A stretch of 64,000 bases of DNA from Octopus vulgaris (GCA_951406725.2 OX597819.1:14818001-14882000), one strand, 5' to 3'. Numbered from the stretch's first letter, positions 15,685 through 30,865 are shown. Notes: generated by a model from the letters alone, not told the origin. A program made the numbers and translations.

Positions 15685-16109
15685 TACGAGGTTTGATCAA
15701 TAAGTATCCGGGCTGTTGCCATAGTAACGAAGCCAAAGCACGCAGAGTGAAACCGCTTGACACAGATTGACTTTGACCTCTGATGTGCATGCGCACTAAG
15801 TTTTAACGTTCTAGCTCACTTCTCCTGTTTACAGCAGTGCTTGGAAGTAAACTCCACCACCAAGCTTTTGGCAAAATTTGATGCAGATTCTCTGCTCAAC
15901 TTTCTCCGTCATGGTCACTGCAACGATCATACGCTACACACCTTCCTTCCAAGCACTGCTGTAAACAGCGGAAATGAGCTAGAACATTAAAACTTAGTGT
16001 ACATCTACAGCAGAGTTCAAGGTCCACTTTGTGCCAAGCGGCTTCACTCTGCGTTCTTTAGCTTCGTTACTATGACAACAGTCTGGATACTTATTGATCA
16101 GACCACGTA
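15685..16109. mobile_element. Mariner-type MITE with about 160-bp TIRs
   Basis: TACGAGGTTTGATCAATAAGTATCC...GGATACTTATTGATCAGACCACGTA; TA at both ends. Confidence 0.85.
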
Positions 16110-16307
16110 TATGCCACAAAATAATTTTTTAGTTTTCAAAATGAAACAAAACTGGAAAGATGGAATATAATGTTTATTTTTTGCATATTTCCACTTTATT
16201 TATATTTGGAAAGATTTCTCCAACTGTTTTTTGCTAATGGCAAAGCCTTTTATCAAATCTTCACTATGACACCATCATCACTTCGAAACTATATTTCCGA
16301 TCTTATA

Positions 16308-16612
16308 AATCATTATTTACATTATTTACATTTGACGGATATTTGTCCTCATCTTGTTTGTTGTTAACACAACGTTTCGGCTGATATACCCTCCAGTCTT
16401 CATCGGGTGTCTTGGGCACATATTTTAGACATATGTAGACCGAGTGTAGATATGAATAGCATATGGGAACCGGTATTAAGGAAGGATAGGAAAATATTAG
16501 ATTTGAAAGCCCTAAAATTCACCTCATAATTCTCTACGGGTATATGGCGTAGTGGTTAAGAGCGCGGGCTACTAACCCCAAGATTCTGAGTTCGGTTCCA
16601 GGCAGTGACCTA

Positions 16613-16659
<47 letters not shown>

Positions 16660-16824
16660 TAATACCTTATGAATGAGAACCCACGTTCGAAATGTCCCCA
16701 AGACACCTGATGAAGGCTGGAGGGTATATCAGCCGAAATGTTGTGTTGACAACAAACAAGATGAGGACAAATATCCGTCAAATGTAAATGATATACATAA
16801 TTCCTCATCTCTTAAATATAGAAC
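16308..16824 (+). mobile_element. Family C Penelope-like insertion: inverted HHR tail, ORF end, tRNA-like head, (TAA)n, HHR tail
   Basis: 16308-16416 is the reverse complement of the 16697-16800 tail; 16416-16529 reads AHILDICRPSVDMNSIWEPVLRKDRKILDLKALKFTS*; A-box at 16545, B-box near 16590. Confidence 0.75.
16702..16747 (+). ncRNA. Minimal type I hammerhead (family C)
   Basis: gacac-CTGATGA-a-ggctg..cagcc-GAAA-(c/t)GTT-gtgtt; copies at 16366-16411(-), 42795-42840(-), 43534-43579(+), 51533-51578(+). Confidence 0.75.
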
Positions 16825-17202
16825 CATCTTACAAATCACTTCGAATATTATTTTAGCAAGTTTAAAGTGATTTCTATTGTGCCATAAACCATTTACCATT
16901 TCGGTCTTGATGCCCTAAGCAACGTGCTTATTTTGCTTAACGGTTAATCCACCACTGGCCTCGGGTCTTGTGAGTGAATGTGAGTGAATTTGAGTGGTGG
17001 TGGTGGTGGTGGTGGTGATGGCGGTGGTGGGGATGGTGGTGTTGTTGCGTGTGGTGGATGTTGTAATGGTTTGGCGATCATTTTTCGTCGTTTGGTGGTG
17101 GCGCTGATGTTGCTCCTTATTGAATGGTATTGACGGAATTGGTGCTTTCGTGTATATAGCAATATAGCGGTAGACGTAGTAATGTTGCTGTGTTTGTTGT
17201 GG

Positions 17203-17289
<87 letters not shown>

Positions 17290-17301
17290 GTGTATATATT
17301 A

Positions 17302-17465
17302 AGGAGTGGCTGTGTGGTAAGTGGCTTGCTTACCAACCACATGATTCCGGGTTCAATCCCACTGCGTGTCACCTTGGGCACGCGTCTTCTGCTATAGCCT
17401 TGCCTATAGCCCGACCAAAGCCTTGTGAGTGGATTTGGTAGACGGAAACTGAAAGAAGCCCGTCG

Positions 17466-17549
<84 letters not shown>

Positions 17550-17738
17550 TCTCCTCACCATCGAGACAACCGATGTTGGTGAGATTATATCCCCGTAACT
17601 TAGCGGTTCAGCAAAAGAGATTAAGTTGATAGAATAAGTACTTACAAAGAATAAGTCCTGGGGTCGATTTGTTCGACTAAAGGCGGTGCTCCAACATGGC
17701 CGTAGTCAAATGACTGAAACAAGTAAAAGAATAAAAGA

Positions 17739-17740
<2 letters not shown>
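17302..17740 (+). mobile_element. SINE-A
   Basis: Match to 10005-10415. Confidence 0.9.
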
Positions 17741-17769
<29 letters not shown>

Positions 17770-17928
17770 TGTGTGTATCAGTCTGTCAGTCTGTCTGTCT
17801 ACTTAGATACCTTTCTGTGTAACTACCTAACTACCTATCCACCTGTTTATCCACCCATCTGTCATTTAAATATTTCACTGTGTCCCCCAATCAAAAAACT
17901 CCGTGAATGACCATATTTTATATATTTA

Positions 17929-18326
17929 CTAGCAGTATCGCCCGGCGTTGCTCGGGTTTGTAAGGGAAATAACTATATAAGCATTTTTAGAGAGTTATAG
18001 CCAAAAAATAGCAAAAAAATGCATTAAAAATGGAAAAAAAAATTATTTAAAATATTTTTTTAAATCGTTGACTCATCGTAGACATTTTTAGAGAGTTACT
18101 TCCCTTATATAATAGCGAAAAATGCATTAAAATGGAAAAAAATGATGGTAAATTATTTTTAAAATTGTAGACTCATCGTAGACACGCGCTAATACCCAGA
18201 AGGGCTCGATATGAATAACGACTATAAGATACCCGGTTTTGGTTAAACTGCACCGCAAAATGTGGGAGTAGTTAGGAATCTAAATCGTAGGAGACCGACA
18301 CACGATTTGACTTTTATATATAAAGA
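17929..18326 (-). mobile_element. Non-autonomous Helitron
   Basis: Minus strand has 5'-TC, a subterminal hairpin CCCGAGCAACGCCGGG and a 3'-CTAG end, inserted between A and T; internal tandem duplication. Confidence 0.8.
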
Positions 18327-18629
18327 TTATAATGAAATTATTAAATTATAATGCAAGATATGTAGTTCCTATTTGCACTTTTTATAATGGAACCATAATT
18401 GTTAGCGAGTCGGATAAAATACTCAGCGATGGCATTTCTTCCGACTCTTTAAGCAACAGAGCGTAAATTCTGCAGAGGCTGACCGTAAAACAACGTAACA
18501 TCCAAATTCTGGCTTAACGTAATTTACTTGCCCTCTGCCTTAACATTCTTGGCCTTGCGCTAAAATCTGAAACAACTATTATTATCGTTATTATTTTCTT
18601 CGTTGTCTGCCACGTCTAAGACCACCTAC

Positions 18630-18743
18630 TTACCTTCCGGATCCAGGAAGATCGTCCTTATTACAAGATCCAGATTTTTCCGAACCATCACGGAAAAATC
18701 TGGATCTTGCAATAAGGACGATCTTCCTGGATCTGGAAGGTAA
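18630..18743. repeat. Near-perfect hairpin (53-bp arms, 8-nt loop)
   Basis: 18630-18682 vs 18691-18743, two mismatches. Confidence 0.9.
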
Positions 18744-18744
18744 C

Positions 18745-19490
18745 TCAGTGGTCCTGGGCGTGGCAAGCAGCGAAGAGCATACTTTTAGGATAGTTGCCGT
18801 CTATGTTCCGACAGGAGCAGGACAAGCAGATTTCTTCAGACGTCTGGAAACGTCCCTGGGAACGTTCTGCTCTCTAGTGTTAGTGGGGGATTGGAATGGA
18901 GTTTTAGATGTAAGATGGGACTATGCAGCTTTAGGAGATAGGATAGGAGGATGCAAAAGTCTCTCAAACCTGCTCAGACGATTCCAACTGTCCGACAGGT
19001 ATCGACTGGATTTCCTGGATGTGCCAGTGTGGACCTGGTCAAACCGCATCGGGTCATCCACATTGTATCTAGATAGGGTATTCTGTAGAGTAACCGATAA
19101 GGATAGCATAGGTTGTCCCCAGTTTAAAGTAGTCGACCACACAGACCACAAATTAGGGATCTGTACAGACGACTTAGACAGGGACCCAATTATTGGAAGC
19201 TGAACACATCGTTGCCGGCGCGTAAAGATTTTAGTGACCGGATTAGAAAAACTAATTAAGAAGACGTTAACGGGAGCTATAATCCACAATAGATGGTGGT
19301 TCGCCCTGAAAAGGGCGATTAGAATAGAATCGATAAGGTTTAGCAAAGGACAAGCGGTAGAAAGAAACAGTAGAGGAAGGGCTAGTCAAAAAGTTAGACG
19401 AGGCTTTTAGAAAAGGCATCGCGACCGACCTGCTCGCAATGAAATTGGCACTCGACCAATTCTTCAACGCAAAACGCGAAGTTTGTACAA
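18745..19490 (+). pseudogene. Tx1/L1-clade LINE ORF2 fragment (APE endonuclease)
   Basis: AVYVP, LVGDWN, WTW, YLDRVF and TDHK motifs, then frameshifted YWKLNTSL. Confidence 0.85.
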
Positions 19491-19544
19491 GATGTACTAC
19501 GGTGTCACTGTTCACTACCAGCAAACTAAGGTAACACCTCTTAT

Positions 19545-20195
19545 TTTTCGAGCACCTTCCGGAGTATTCGAGCGGTTCCAAGTAGTGATGCTTTCTGCAA
19601 GTGCTCCACCCTTATTGCACCCCCTGTTTGTTTCACGTATTTCTCGAGATTTTTGACACTGTTCCTAGGGCTCCGACAATCATTGGTACTACTGCTACCC
19701 TTTTCATCGACCACAACTGCTTAACTTCCCAAGCTAACCGGTCATATCTCTCAACTTTTCTTTCTTCCTTTTCGCATACCATGTAGTCAGCTAGGCATGC
19801 TATATCTATGATCCATCATATTTTGTTTTCTTTCTCAATTAAGACTATGTCTGGCTTCTCTATCTCATGGTCGCACTGAATCATAAAATCCCATAGGATC
19901 TTCGCATTTTATTTTCGATGATGCCTTCAGGTTTGTGGTCGTACCACTTTTTACTCTGTCAAGTCCATACTTGTTGCAAAGTGTCCAATGGACAAGCCTG
20001 GTTATATTGTCGTGGCATCTCTTATATTCCTTCTGGGCTAGTGGCGTACATTGGCTGGTAATATGCCATACGGTTTACCATTTTCTCCAAAGATTCCGCA
20101 CTTATCACTTTCTGATGTGTAGTCTATTCTATATTTTATGTAGTTTGTTCTTAGTGTCTGCTCTTGGGCAGCACAGATTAGAGTCTCCGTTTCCG
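19545..20195 (-). pseudogene. R4/Dong-like non-LTR retrotransposon C-terminus (zinc knuckle and restriction-like endonuclease)
   Basis: Minus-strand translation with frameshifts: KCGIFGENG..TVWHITSQCTPLAQKEYKRCHDNITRLVHW..KILWDFMIQCDHEIEKPDIVLI..IIDIAC..GALGTV..LQKASLLGTARILRKVL. Confidence 0.85.
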
Positions 20196-20691
20196 ATTAT
20201 TATAAAGGCTGCGAGCTGGCACATCGAACAAATTGCTTAGAGGTATTTCGTTCATCTTTACGTTTTGATTTTAAAATCCGACGAGATCGACTTTACTTTT
20301 CACCCTTTCGGGATCTATAAAATAAGTACTAGTTGAGTACTGAGGTCGATGTAATTGACTAGTGCCCTACCCCCAAGATCTTAATCCTTATGCCAATAGT
20401 AAAAAGGATTATTATAAAGACGGCAGAATCCTTAGCACATCGAACAAGACACTTAGCGGTATTTCGGTTGTCTTTACGTTCTGAGTTCAAATTCCGCCGA
20501 GGTTGACTTTGCCTTTCATCCTTTCGGGGTCGATAAATTAAGTACCAGTTGCGCACTGGGGTCGATGTAATCGACTTAATCCCTTTGTCTGTCCTTGTTT
20601 GTCCTCTCTGTGTTTAGCCCCTTGTGGGTAGTAAAGAAATGTATACATACATACATACATACATACATACATACATACATACATACATACA

Positions 20692-20726
<35 letters not shown>

Positions 20727-20786
20727 GTACGTACATATATTCATCTATAGATATATATGCTTGAATGTGTGTATGTGTATACATGC

Positions 20787-20819
<33 letters not shown>

Positions 20820-21239
20820 AATACAGATAGAGATAGAAAGAGAGAAAACAAAGGAGAGAGAGGTGCGCCTGCATGTGTACATGTGTATTTGTGTGTGTGT
20901 ATGTGTGTATGTGTGTGTGTGTGTGTGTGTGTGTTATGTTTTGTGTGCCGAACTTTGCTGTCAAACTGGTTAGTTCGGCCTCACGTCTCCACTGACAACA
21001 GCAACAACAACAACAGCAGCAAAAACAATAACGACACAACAGAGGGCGACAACAGCAGCAAGAACAACAGAAATAAGACGTGTGTTTTCGTATGTCATCC
21101 GGGGGTTCTTCCTTCTTCCGCTCTTCCTCTCTCTCCCCCACCCCTCACCCCACCCCCTTCCTCTCGTCTCTGAACGCCCCGACAGGCGCGTGCCTGTCGT
21201 CCGCCTCGGGCAACATTCGCCTCCTCAGCTCGCTTTATA

Positions 21240-21296
<57 letters not shown>

Positions 21297-21490
21297 ACGT
21301 ATACATGTGTGTGTGTATGTGCGCGTGTGTGTCTCTGTGTGTGTGTGTATGTGCATATATATATATATGTTTGTATTAATATGTATGCATGCATGTATAT
21401 GTACATGTATATACATGTATACATATATATATATATATGTATACATATATGTATGTACACACACACAAACACAAACACACTCACACACAC

Positions 21491-21542
<52 letters not shown>

Positions 21543-21622
21543 CATACATATATATATATACATACATATATATATATACATACATATATATATATACATA
21601 CATATATATATATACATACATA

Positions 21623-21655
<33 letters not shown>

Positions 21656-21711
21656 GCACAAAGCATTAAGTTTTGCAGGCACCAAAAGTAGCAACAGTCA
21701 ATAGCGACACA

Positions 21712-21793
<82 letters not shown>

Positions 21794-22211
21794 CGTGTGT
21801 GTGTGTGAAGAGAGGGGGGGAGTGGCAAGAGAAGAACTGAGACGGAAGGAAGAGGAATGTAACGCAAAAGGATGTAGGGAGACCAATTTCTCCAGATGAA
21901 GGTGGAATGGTGATGTGGGAGGGAGGGAGGGAGGGAGGGAAGGAGGAAATGAGGGTGGGGTCAGAGGTGGTGTGTACGGTGGGGTGAGGGTTTTAGGGTG
22001 TTGATGAGGCTGCACTGTTATTTGTACCTCTCAGATGTTTCTTTTTTTTATTTGTGACCTTCTTTATTCAGCGTCGCCATTCCATCACCTTTTCTCGTCT
22101 TACCTCCCCCCCACTTCCATCATTCTTCCGCCGATAAAACAACCTCCAAGAAAATCTCTATTCCTCTACACCACCGTCCACAACGCCGCCTTAATTTATC
22201 CCAACATCCTC

Positions 22212-22261
<50 letters not shown>

Positions 22262-22357
22262 TATATATATATATGAATACATATATATATATACATATAT
22301 GTATATATTCATATATATATATACATGTGTGTGTATGAAAATATATATGTATGTATG

Positions 22358-22396
<39 letters not shown>

Positions 22397-23480
22397 ATGC
22401 AAATAGATAGATAGATACGTATGTATGTATGTATATGTGTATATATATATATATACACATATATATATATGTGTCTGTGTGTATGTGTATGTATGTATGT
22501 ATGTATGTATGTATGTTTGTATGTATGTATATTAACGTATCTTTTTCTCGCCTCTCTTTCCCATACCGGAAACGGAAACCAGTAATTTTTTTACGCTTTG
22601 TTTCGTTTCTGCTAGTTTTAGAACCGCCATTCTTCGTCTGCTCGAGTTGATGCATCTTGTCGATAAAGAGAGAGGAAGGCATGCATAGAGGACAGAAAGA
22701 GACAGAGAGAGAAAGAGACAGACAGACAGTGGGGGAGGGTTGGTGGTTCTTTGTTTCCCGACTAGTTTCAAAAATCACTGACCCAGGTTCAAATCCTTAC
22801 CCTGGTTTCAATTTGACTTATATATTTCTTTCTGCAAGACACAATGGTTGAGACGCTGTATCTGTAGAAAGACGTACCAGTTGCTTTGTGATACTTAGTC
22901 ATGACTCTTGATATTATGAGTTCAAATCTGGCCGAGACGACACTGATCGTCTCTTTCGAGAAATTGAAGAACAAAAATCGATATAATTATATCCCAATAT
23001 TTGTATCCGCCTTTCTTTTTAAGGCGGCAAGTTGGCAGAATCGTTAACACCCCGAGCAAAATGCTAAGCGTTATTTCGTCCGGCTTTACGTCTTGAGTTC
23101 AAATTCCGTCGCGCTCGACTTTGCTTTTCATCCTTTCGGAGTCGATAAAATAAATACCAGTTGAGTACTGGGGTTGATTTAATCGATTTAGCCCCTCTAC
23201 CGAAATTTCTGTCCTTCTATCAAATTTTAAAACCAGTATGTATTTGTAGCCTTTTGCCTTACTTAGGAATTATTATTCCAATTTTCAAAATGGTAAGGAA
23301 TGACTGAAATGATAGCTTGAAGGATGAAACTGTTCTGAGATTCCTAAATAAGGACCATCATAACTTTTCCTTTCTGTCTGGGGTCAGAAAATATTCCATC
23401 TTTGTTCAATTGCTGTCGCTTGAAATGGTGCCAAAGAGTGGCCCACGTTGTTTTGAGCAATCAAACTTCTCTCAAATCAT

Positions 23481-23520
<40 letters not shown>

Positions 23521-23738
23521 GGATTTTTCGTTGTGCTTATTGTCCTGTATCTCTTTTATTCTTTTTTTCTTTTTTTTCTTTTTTGCTTGTCCTGTTCCTT
23601 GGTTTGTGTCTATGTTTTTCGTCTCTCTATGTGTTCGACGTCTTTTTGGTGTCCTGTACACATATATGCGTGTATATGTACATGTAGAGGTAGGTACGTA
23701 CATATATGTTTATATATATGCATATGTTCTATTTTATT

Positions 23739-23779
<41 letters not shown>

Positions 23780-23781
<2 letters not shown>

Positions 23782-23940
23782 CGGGAAGCTTTATGAAAAT
23801 AAACAAAAGACAAAGGCAGGTGGAATATAAACAAACAATTGTATTAGTATGGCGCTCAGGAATATAAATAAAGCAAGTCTTTTACGTTTCGAGCCTACGC
23901 TCTTCAACAGAAAGATACACAGAAAAGAAACACAGAAAGA

Positions 23941-23945
<5 letters not shown>
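23780..23945 (-). mobile_element. Family E mini-element with variant minimal HHR (23878-23916)
   Basis: tcttt-CTGTTGA-a-gagcgtaggctc-GAAA-cGTA-aaaga; other copies 30037-30200, 41200-41355(+), 46866-47045. Confidence 0.65.
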
Positions 23946-23986
<41 letters not shown>

Positions 23987-24338
23987 CATACACACACGCA
24001 TACATACATACACACATACATAAATGCATACATACATGCATACATACATAATACATACATACATACATACATACATACATACATTTAGGGCTAGAGCTAG
24101 TACCATCATTTGGGATTCTAAACTGGAAATAAATAAATAAAGAAAGAAAGAAAGAAAGGAAGAAGGAAAGAAGGGAAGGAAGAAAGAATTGGACACCCAT
24201 ATATGTACGGTTCCCCTAACGAAAAAAATTGAATAACGAACCATTTCTATGTAGAAGATTCTATTCAGTCAACGAACTGAAATTTGAACAACAAATCGCA
24301 ATTAACACTTCACACACACACGCGCGCGCACACACACG

Positions 24339-24390
<52 letters not shown>

Positions 24391-24499
24391 ACATACACAT
24401 AGAAGTGGCTGAAAGAGTGTGTGTGTGTGCAAACGATTCGTCTCAAAGTGCATGTACACATTTCACGGAACTCGCAAATTCCCATGTTTCATGTAGAAA

Positions 24500-24842
24500 C
24501 ATCGATCCCCAGTACGCCACTGGTACTTATTTTAGCGACCCTGAAAGGATGAAAAAGCAAAGTCGATCTCGGCGGAATTTGAACTCAGAACGTAGCGACA
24601 GACGAAATACCTATTTCTTTACTACCCACAAGGGGCTAAACACAGAGAGGATAAACAAGGACAGACAAACGGATTAAGTCGATTATATCGACCCCAATGC
24701 GTAACTGGTACTTATTTAATCGACTCCGAAAGGATGAAAGGCAAAGTCGACCTCGACGGAATTTGAACTCAGAACGTAACGGCAGACGAAATACCGCTAC
24801 GCATTTCGCCCGGCGTGCTAACGTTTCTGCTAGTTCGCCGCC
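24500..24842 (-). mobile_element. SINE-B tandem (second unit truncated)
   Basis: Same junction near 24603-24621. Confidence 0.85.
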
Positions 24843-24949
24843 TCTGCGAAGAAAATAATACTTCTATCCTTTAGCTAAAAACAAAAGCATGGATCGGCAG
24901 AAGCAAGACAAAGGGAACAACTTTAGAAAAGAATGGAGAGATGTTTCCA

Positions 24950-25360
24950 AGGCGCAGGAGTGGCTGTGTAGTCAGTAGCTTGCTTACCAACTACATGGTT
25001 CTGGGTTCAGTCCCTATGCGTGGCACCTTGGGCAAGTGTCTTCTACTATAGCCTCGGGCCGACCAAAGCCTTGTGAGTGGATTTGGTAGACGGAAACTGA
25101 AACAAGCCCGTCGTATATATATGTATGTATATGTATATGTGTGTGTATATGTTTGTGTCTGTGTTCGTCTCCCCAACATCGCTTGACAACCGATGCTGCT
25201 GTGTTTACGTCCCCGTAACTTAGCGGTTCGGCAAAAGAGACCGATAGAATAAGTACTAGGCTTACAAAGAATAAGTCCTGGGGTCGATTTGTTCAACTAA
25301 AAGCGGTGCTTCAGCATGGCCTCAGTCAAATGACTGAAACAAGTAAAAGAGTAAAAGAGT
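24950..25360 (+). mobile_element. SINE-A
   Basis: Full-length match. Confidence 0.9.
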
Positions 25361-25616
25361 ATAATCCTATATTCTTTGATGCATCATATTTCAAAGTAAG
25401 ACGGGATGGTCACAGCTGGAATACCTCTAAACTTAGATCTACTCGCTCAGGTTTGACTTGGAGCTAATTCATAATAACCGCTGAGTGTTTGGTGACTACA
25501 ATGACGATCACTGGTGAAGTATTCGGTCCGTTTTCTGCAAGTGTTTGCCTCGACTAACACGGGTATCTGCCCACCCTCAACCCCCACCCCCACTAACTAC
25601 CATTCGATAGTTCTCT

Positions 25617-26010
25617 CTTTACTCTTTTACTTGTTTCAGTCATTTGACTGCGGCCATGCTGGAGCACCGCCTCTAGTCGAGCAACTCGATTCCGGGACTT
25701 ATTCTTTTTGTAAGCCCAGTACTTATTCTATCGGTCTCTTTTTGCCGAACCGCTAAGTGACGGGGACGTAAACACACCAGCATCGGTTGTCAAGCAATGT
25801 TAGGGGAACAAACACAGACACACAAGCACACACATACATATATATATATATACATATATACGACAGGCTTCTTTCAGTTTCCAAATCCACTCACAAGGCA
25901 TTGGTCGTCCCGGGGCTATAGCAGAAGACACTTGCCCAAGATGCCACGCAGTGGGACTGAACCCGGAACCATGTAGTTGGTTAGCAAGCTACTTACCACA
26001 CAGCCACTTC
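25617..26010 (-). mobile_element. SINE-A
   Basis: Near full-length match. Confidence 0.9.
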
Positions 26011-26670
26011 GATCTTGGGCGGTTCCTTCGAATGTTTGCAGAACAATCACGTGCCGATATGACACGAATCCTCGACGCCTTGTTCGAAACACCTAGAAAC
26101 AGTAGCTAAAACTCCCTCAAATTACACTCAAATGCCCTCAGAAATGTTCTATCACGTCAAGCTTTTTTGTTAAAAAGGAATTATTCATTTTTTTTTTTAC
26201 TAAACACATCTAGAAAGAGTAGCCAAAACTCCCTCAAATGACACCCGAGTGTCTGAATATAAAGACGACGAATTGTTAGAGTCGGTAGAGCATCCGATGT
26301 GTTCCGGTTGAAAGATAAACTTTGCCTTGCTTTTCATCGACCCCTCTCTCCCCCCCCTCTCTCTCTTTCTGCCTTTCTCTGTCACCCTCCCTCTCTTTCT
26401 CTCTCCCCGTTTTACTGTGTGATGGGTTGAGTAGGGGGGGGCAACCGACGCAATATTTCCCAGATGCTCCTAGCAGCCGTGCTGATGTCCATTCTGGTCA
26501 AACGGTTGATGTAATACGTGTAGTTACGATGTTACTGTTGGGGAATGGAGGCGGTGCTGGCACGGTTGGAATGGCGAATGAAGGCGGTGGTGGCATGGCT
26601 GGAATGGAGAATGAAGGCGGTGGTGGCATGGCTAGAATGGGAAAAGACTAACAGAGAAGTAATGATGCCG

Positions 26671-28515
<1,845 letters not shown>

Positions 28516-29708
28516 TTACTTGAATGGCGGCGTGTGAGTGTTTGTAAGTGACGAAGGCACTGGTTGTGTAGATGGGTGGTTGCGGTCGGAATTGTGCGTG
28601 CGCTGACGGTGAGGGCGGGATGGATGTGGTGGACGTTTGAGGCGCTGGGAGTCGCTGCCTTGGCCAAGTGTCGCCGGTGCTGATGCGTGCGCACTCGCAT
28701 ACGACGCCTTGTCTAACGCCCGTCCGGTAGACCACCTGACTACAATTTCGCTTGCAGTGTCAAATTGAGACGTCAAACAGAGGTCACGCGTGCCAGGTGT
28801 GGTGGGACTGATCTAGATTTGGTGCAAGACGAGAGAAGGGATCTTCAATACGGAGAAACAGATGAATAAATAAATGAAAAAAAAAAGGAAGGCAAGAAGG
28901 AAAAGGATCCTGTGAGGTGGAGAGACTGGACAGATCGGTTGCCAGGCAGGTAAGGAAGGTAGGCAGATAATGAGCTAAACCGAAGCGCACCTATTATAGA
29001 GAGAGTGAGTCAACCTTGTAGGAGGACACTGTAAGCCTCCAGCCTGCCTCCTTTATTTCACACACAAATCCACATACACACACACGCACACACACGCACT
29101 CACACTCACACTCGCACACTCACACGCGTACACTCACATAAACACACACATCACACACATGTATGTATCTATTTATGCATGGCTGTATTTCCACACGCGC
29201 ACACACACACACATGCACCCGCATGTGTCTGTATATATATATCACTTAACATGTAAATGAGACGATCGTGAGATAAGAGGAGTATTAACCCAAATGGGGC
29301 CAATAGGGGTCCAGTTCATAAACAAACACAAATAAGGGTGCATCAAATAAAAATGAAGGACCTTCGGGGTTTTTTTGTTTGTCTTCTTTTAAATACTATA
29401 AAAGATGGATTGTTGATTTATTGAAATTATTTCTTCTACGAGAGAGGATAGACCAATAACTTGGTGGGTTTGGTACCAGTCCCAAAGGTAAAGAGATAAA
29501 AGTGACAGACGCACAGACACGTTTCTACTTCAATGGGCGTCGTCAGTAAAGTAGTTGTGCTTCATCATCACCATTGTTCGACCGTGGTCGAGACAATGGA
29601 ATTTACCATGCTACGCCAGACTTCACGGTCCATTATGGCATTACGGAGGTCCTGTTGCTGGATGTCTGTATCCCTGGAGATTACATCAGGGTAGGAGAGT
29701 GTGCTACG

Positions 29709-29760
<52 letters not shown>

Positions 29761-29885
29761 TGAAGTATATTTGCCACTTAACTGTGTCGTGCGGCTACTA
29801 TCTATACCTCACTCAGAGATTTATTATTACTTATACATACATACATCACACACACACATATATATGTGTGTGTGTGTGTGTGTAA

Positions 29886-29916
<31 letters not shown>

Positions 29917-29978
29917 CAAGCATACATATGTACACACACATATATACACATACATACGCACAAACACACACACACACA

Positions 29979-30036
<58 letters not shown>

Positions 30037-30594
30037 GTTGGAATTTACAGAAAAACAAAAGACGAAGACAGGTGGATAAACAACAAACAGGTGTATTAGA
30101 TTGACGCTCGGGAAAGTCATAAAATCTTTTACGTTTCGAGCGTACGCTCTTCAGCAGAAAGGAATATGAGGAAATAAACAGAGAGGGAATAAAAAAGCTT
30201 ATGGAGTTTTTCCCAACCATGGCGACCGGTTGGGAAAAAAAGTTTGACAGGAGAGCTAGGAAGAAGGGGAGATAATAAAGTACTGGTGATCCCAAAACGA
30301 AGCTGCGCGTGCGTGTGTGCATGTGAGAATGTGTAAGTGTGGTCCAACAGCCAATGTAAAAAATAGGGAAAGGCAGTGTAAAACCACCCCCATATTTCTG
30401 CCATTAAAGTCAGAATGAAGGGGGAACTCGCACTTGAAGGGGAAGACATTTGTTGTAGTGTTACCAATTCGCTGCAACTGCGTACGAAACATGACGACGA
30501 CGACGATGACGATACCTGTATATAGGTATCAATGTATATCCTTGTTAAGACAAATTAAAAGGAATTAATACTCAGTCCATAAACTAGACTTAAT

Positions 30595-30619
30595 AATAGT
30601 AATAATAATAATTATAATA

Positions 30620-30717
<98 letters not shown>

Positions 30718-30778
30718 GATGATGATGATGATGACGATGATGATAGTAATAATAATAATAATAATTATAATGATAAGG

Positions 30779-30817
<39 letters not shown>

Positions 30818-30826
30818 GTAATAATG

Positions 30827-30862
<36 letters not shown>

Positions 30863-30865
30863 GTA

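Noticed and set aside
16545-16610. tRNA genes (also 37745, 45405, 50900)
   Set aside because: A/B boxes are present but acceptor stems are not, and each continues into a repeat body
29500-29555. Minus-strand CTGACGA...GAAACGTGTC hammerhead candidate
   Set aside because: Stems I and II do not pair convincingly
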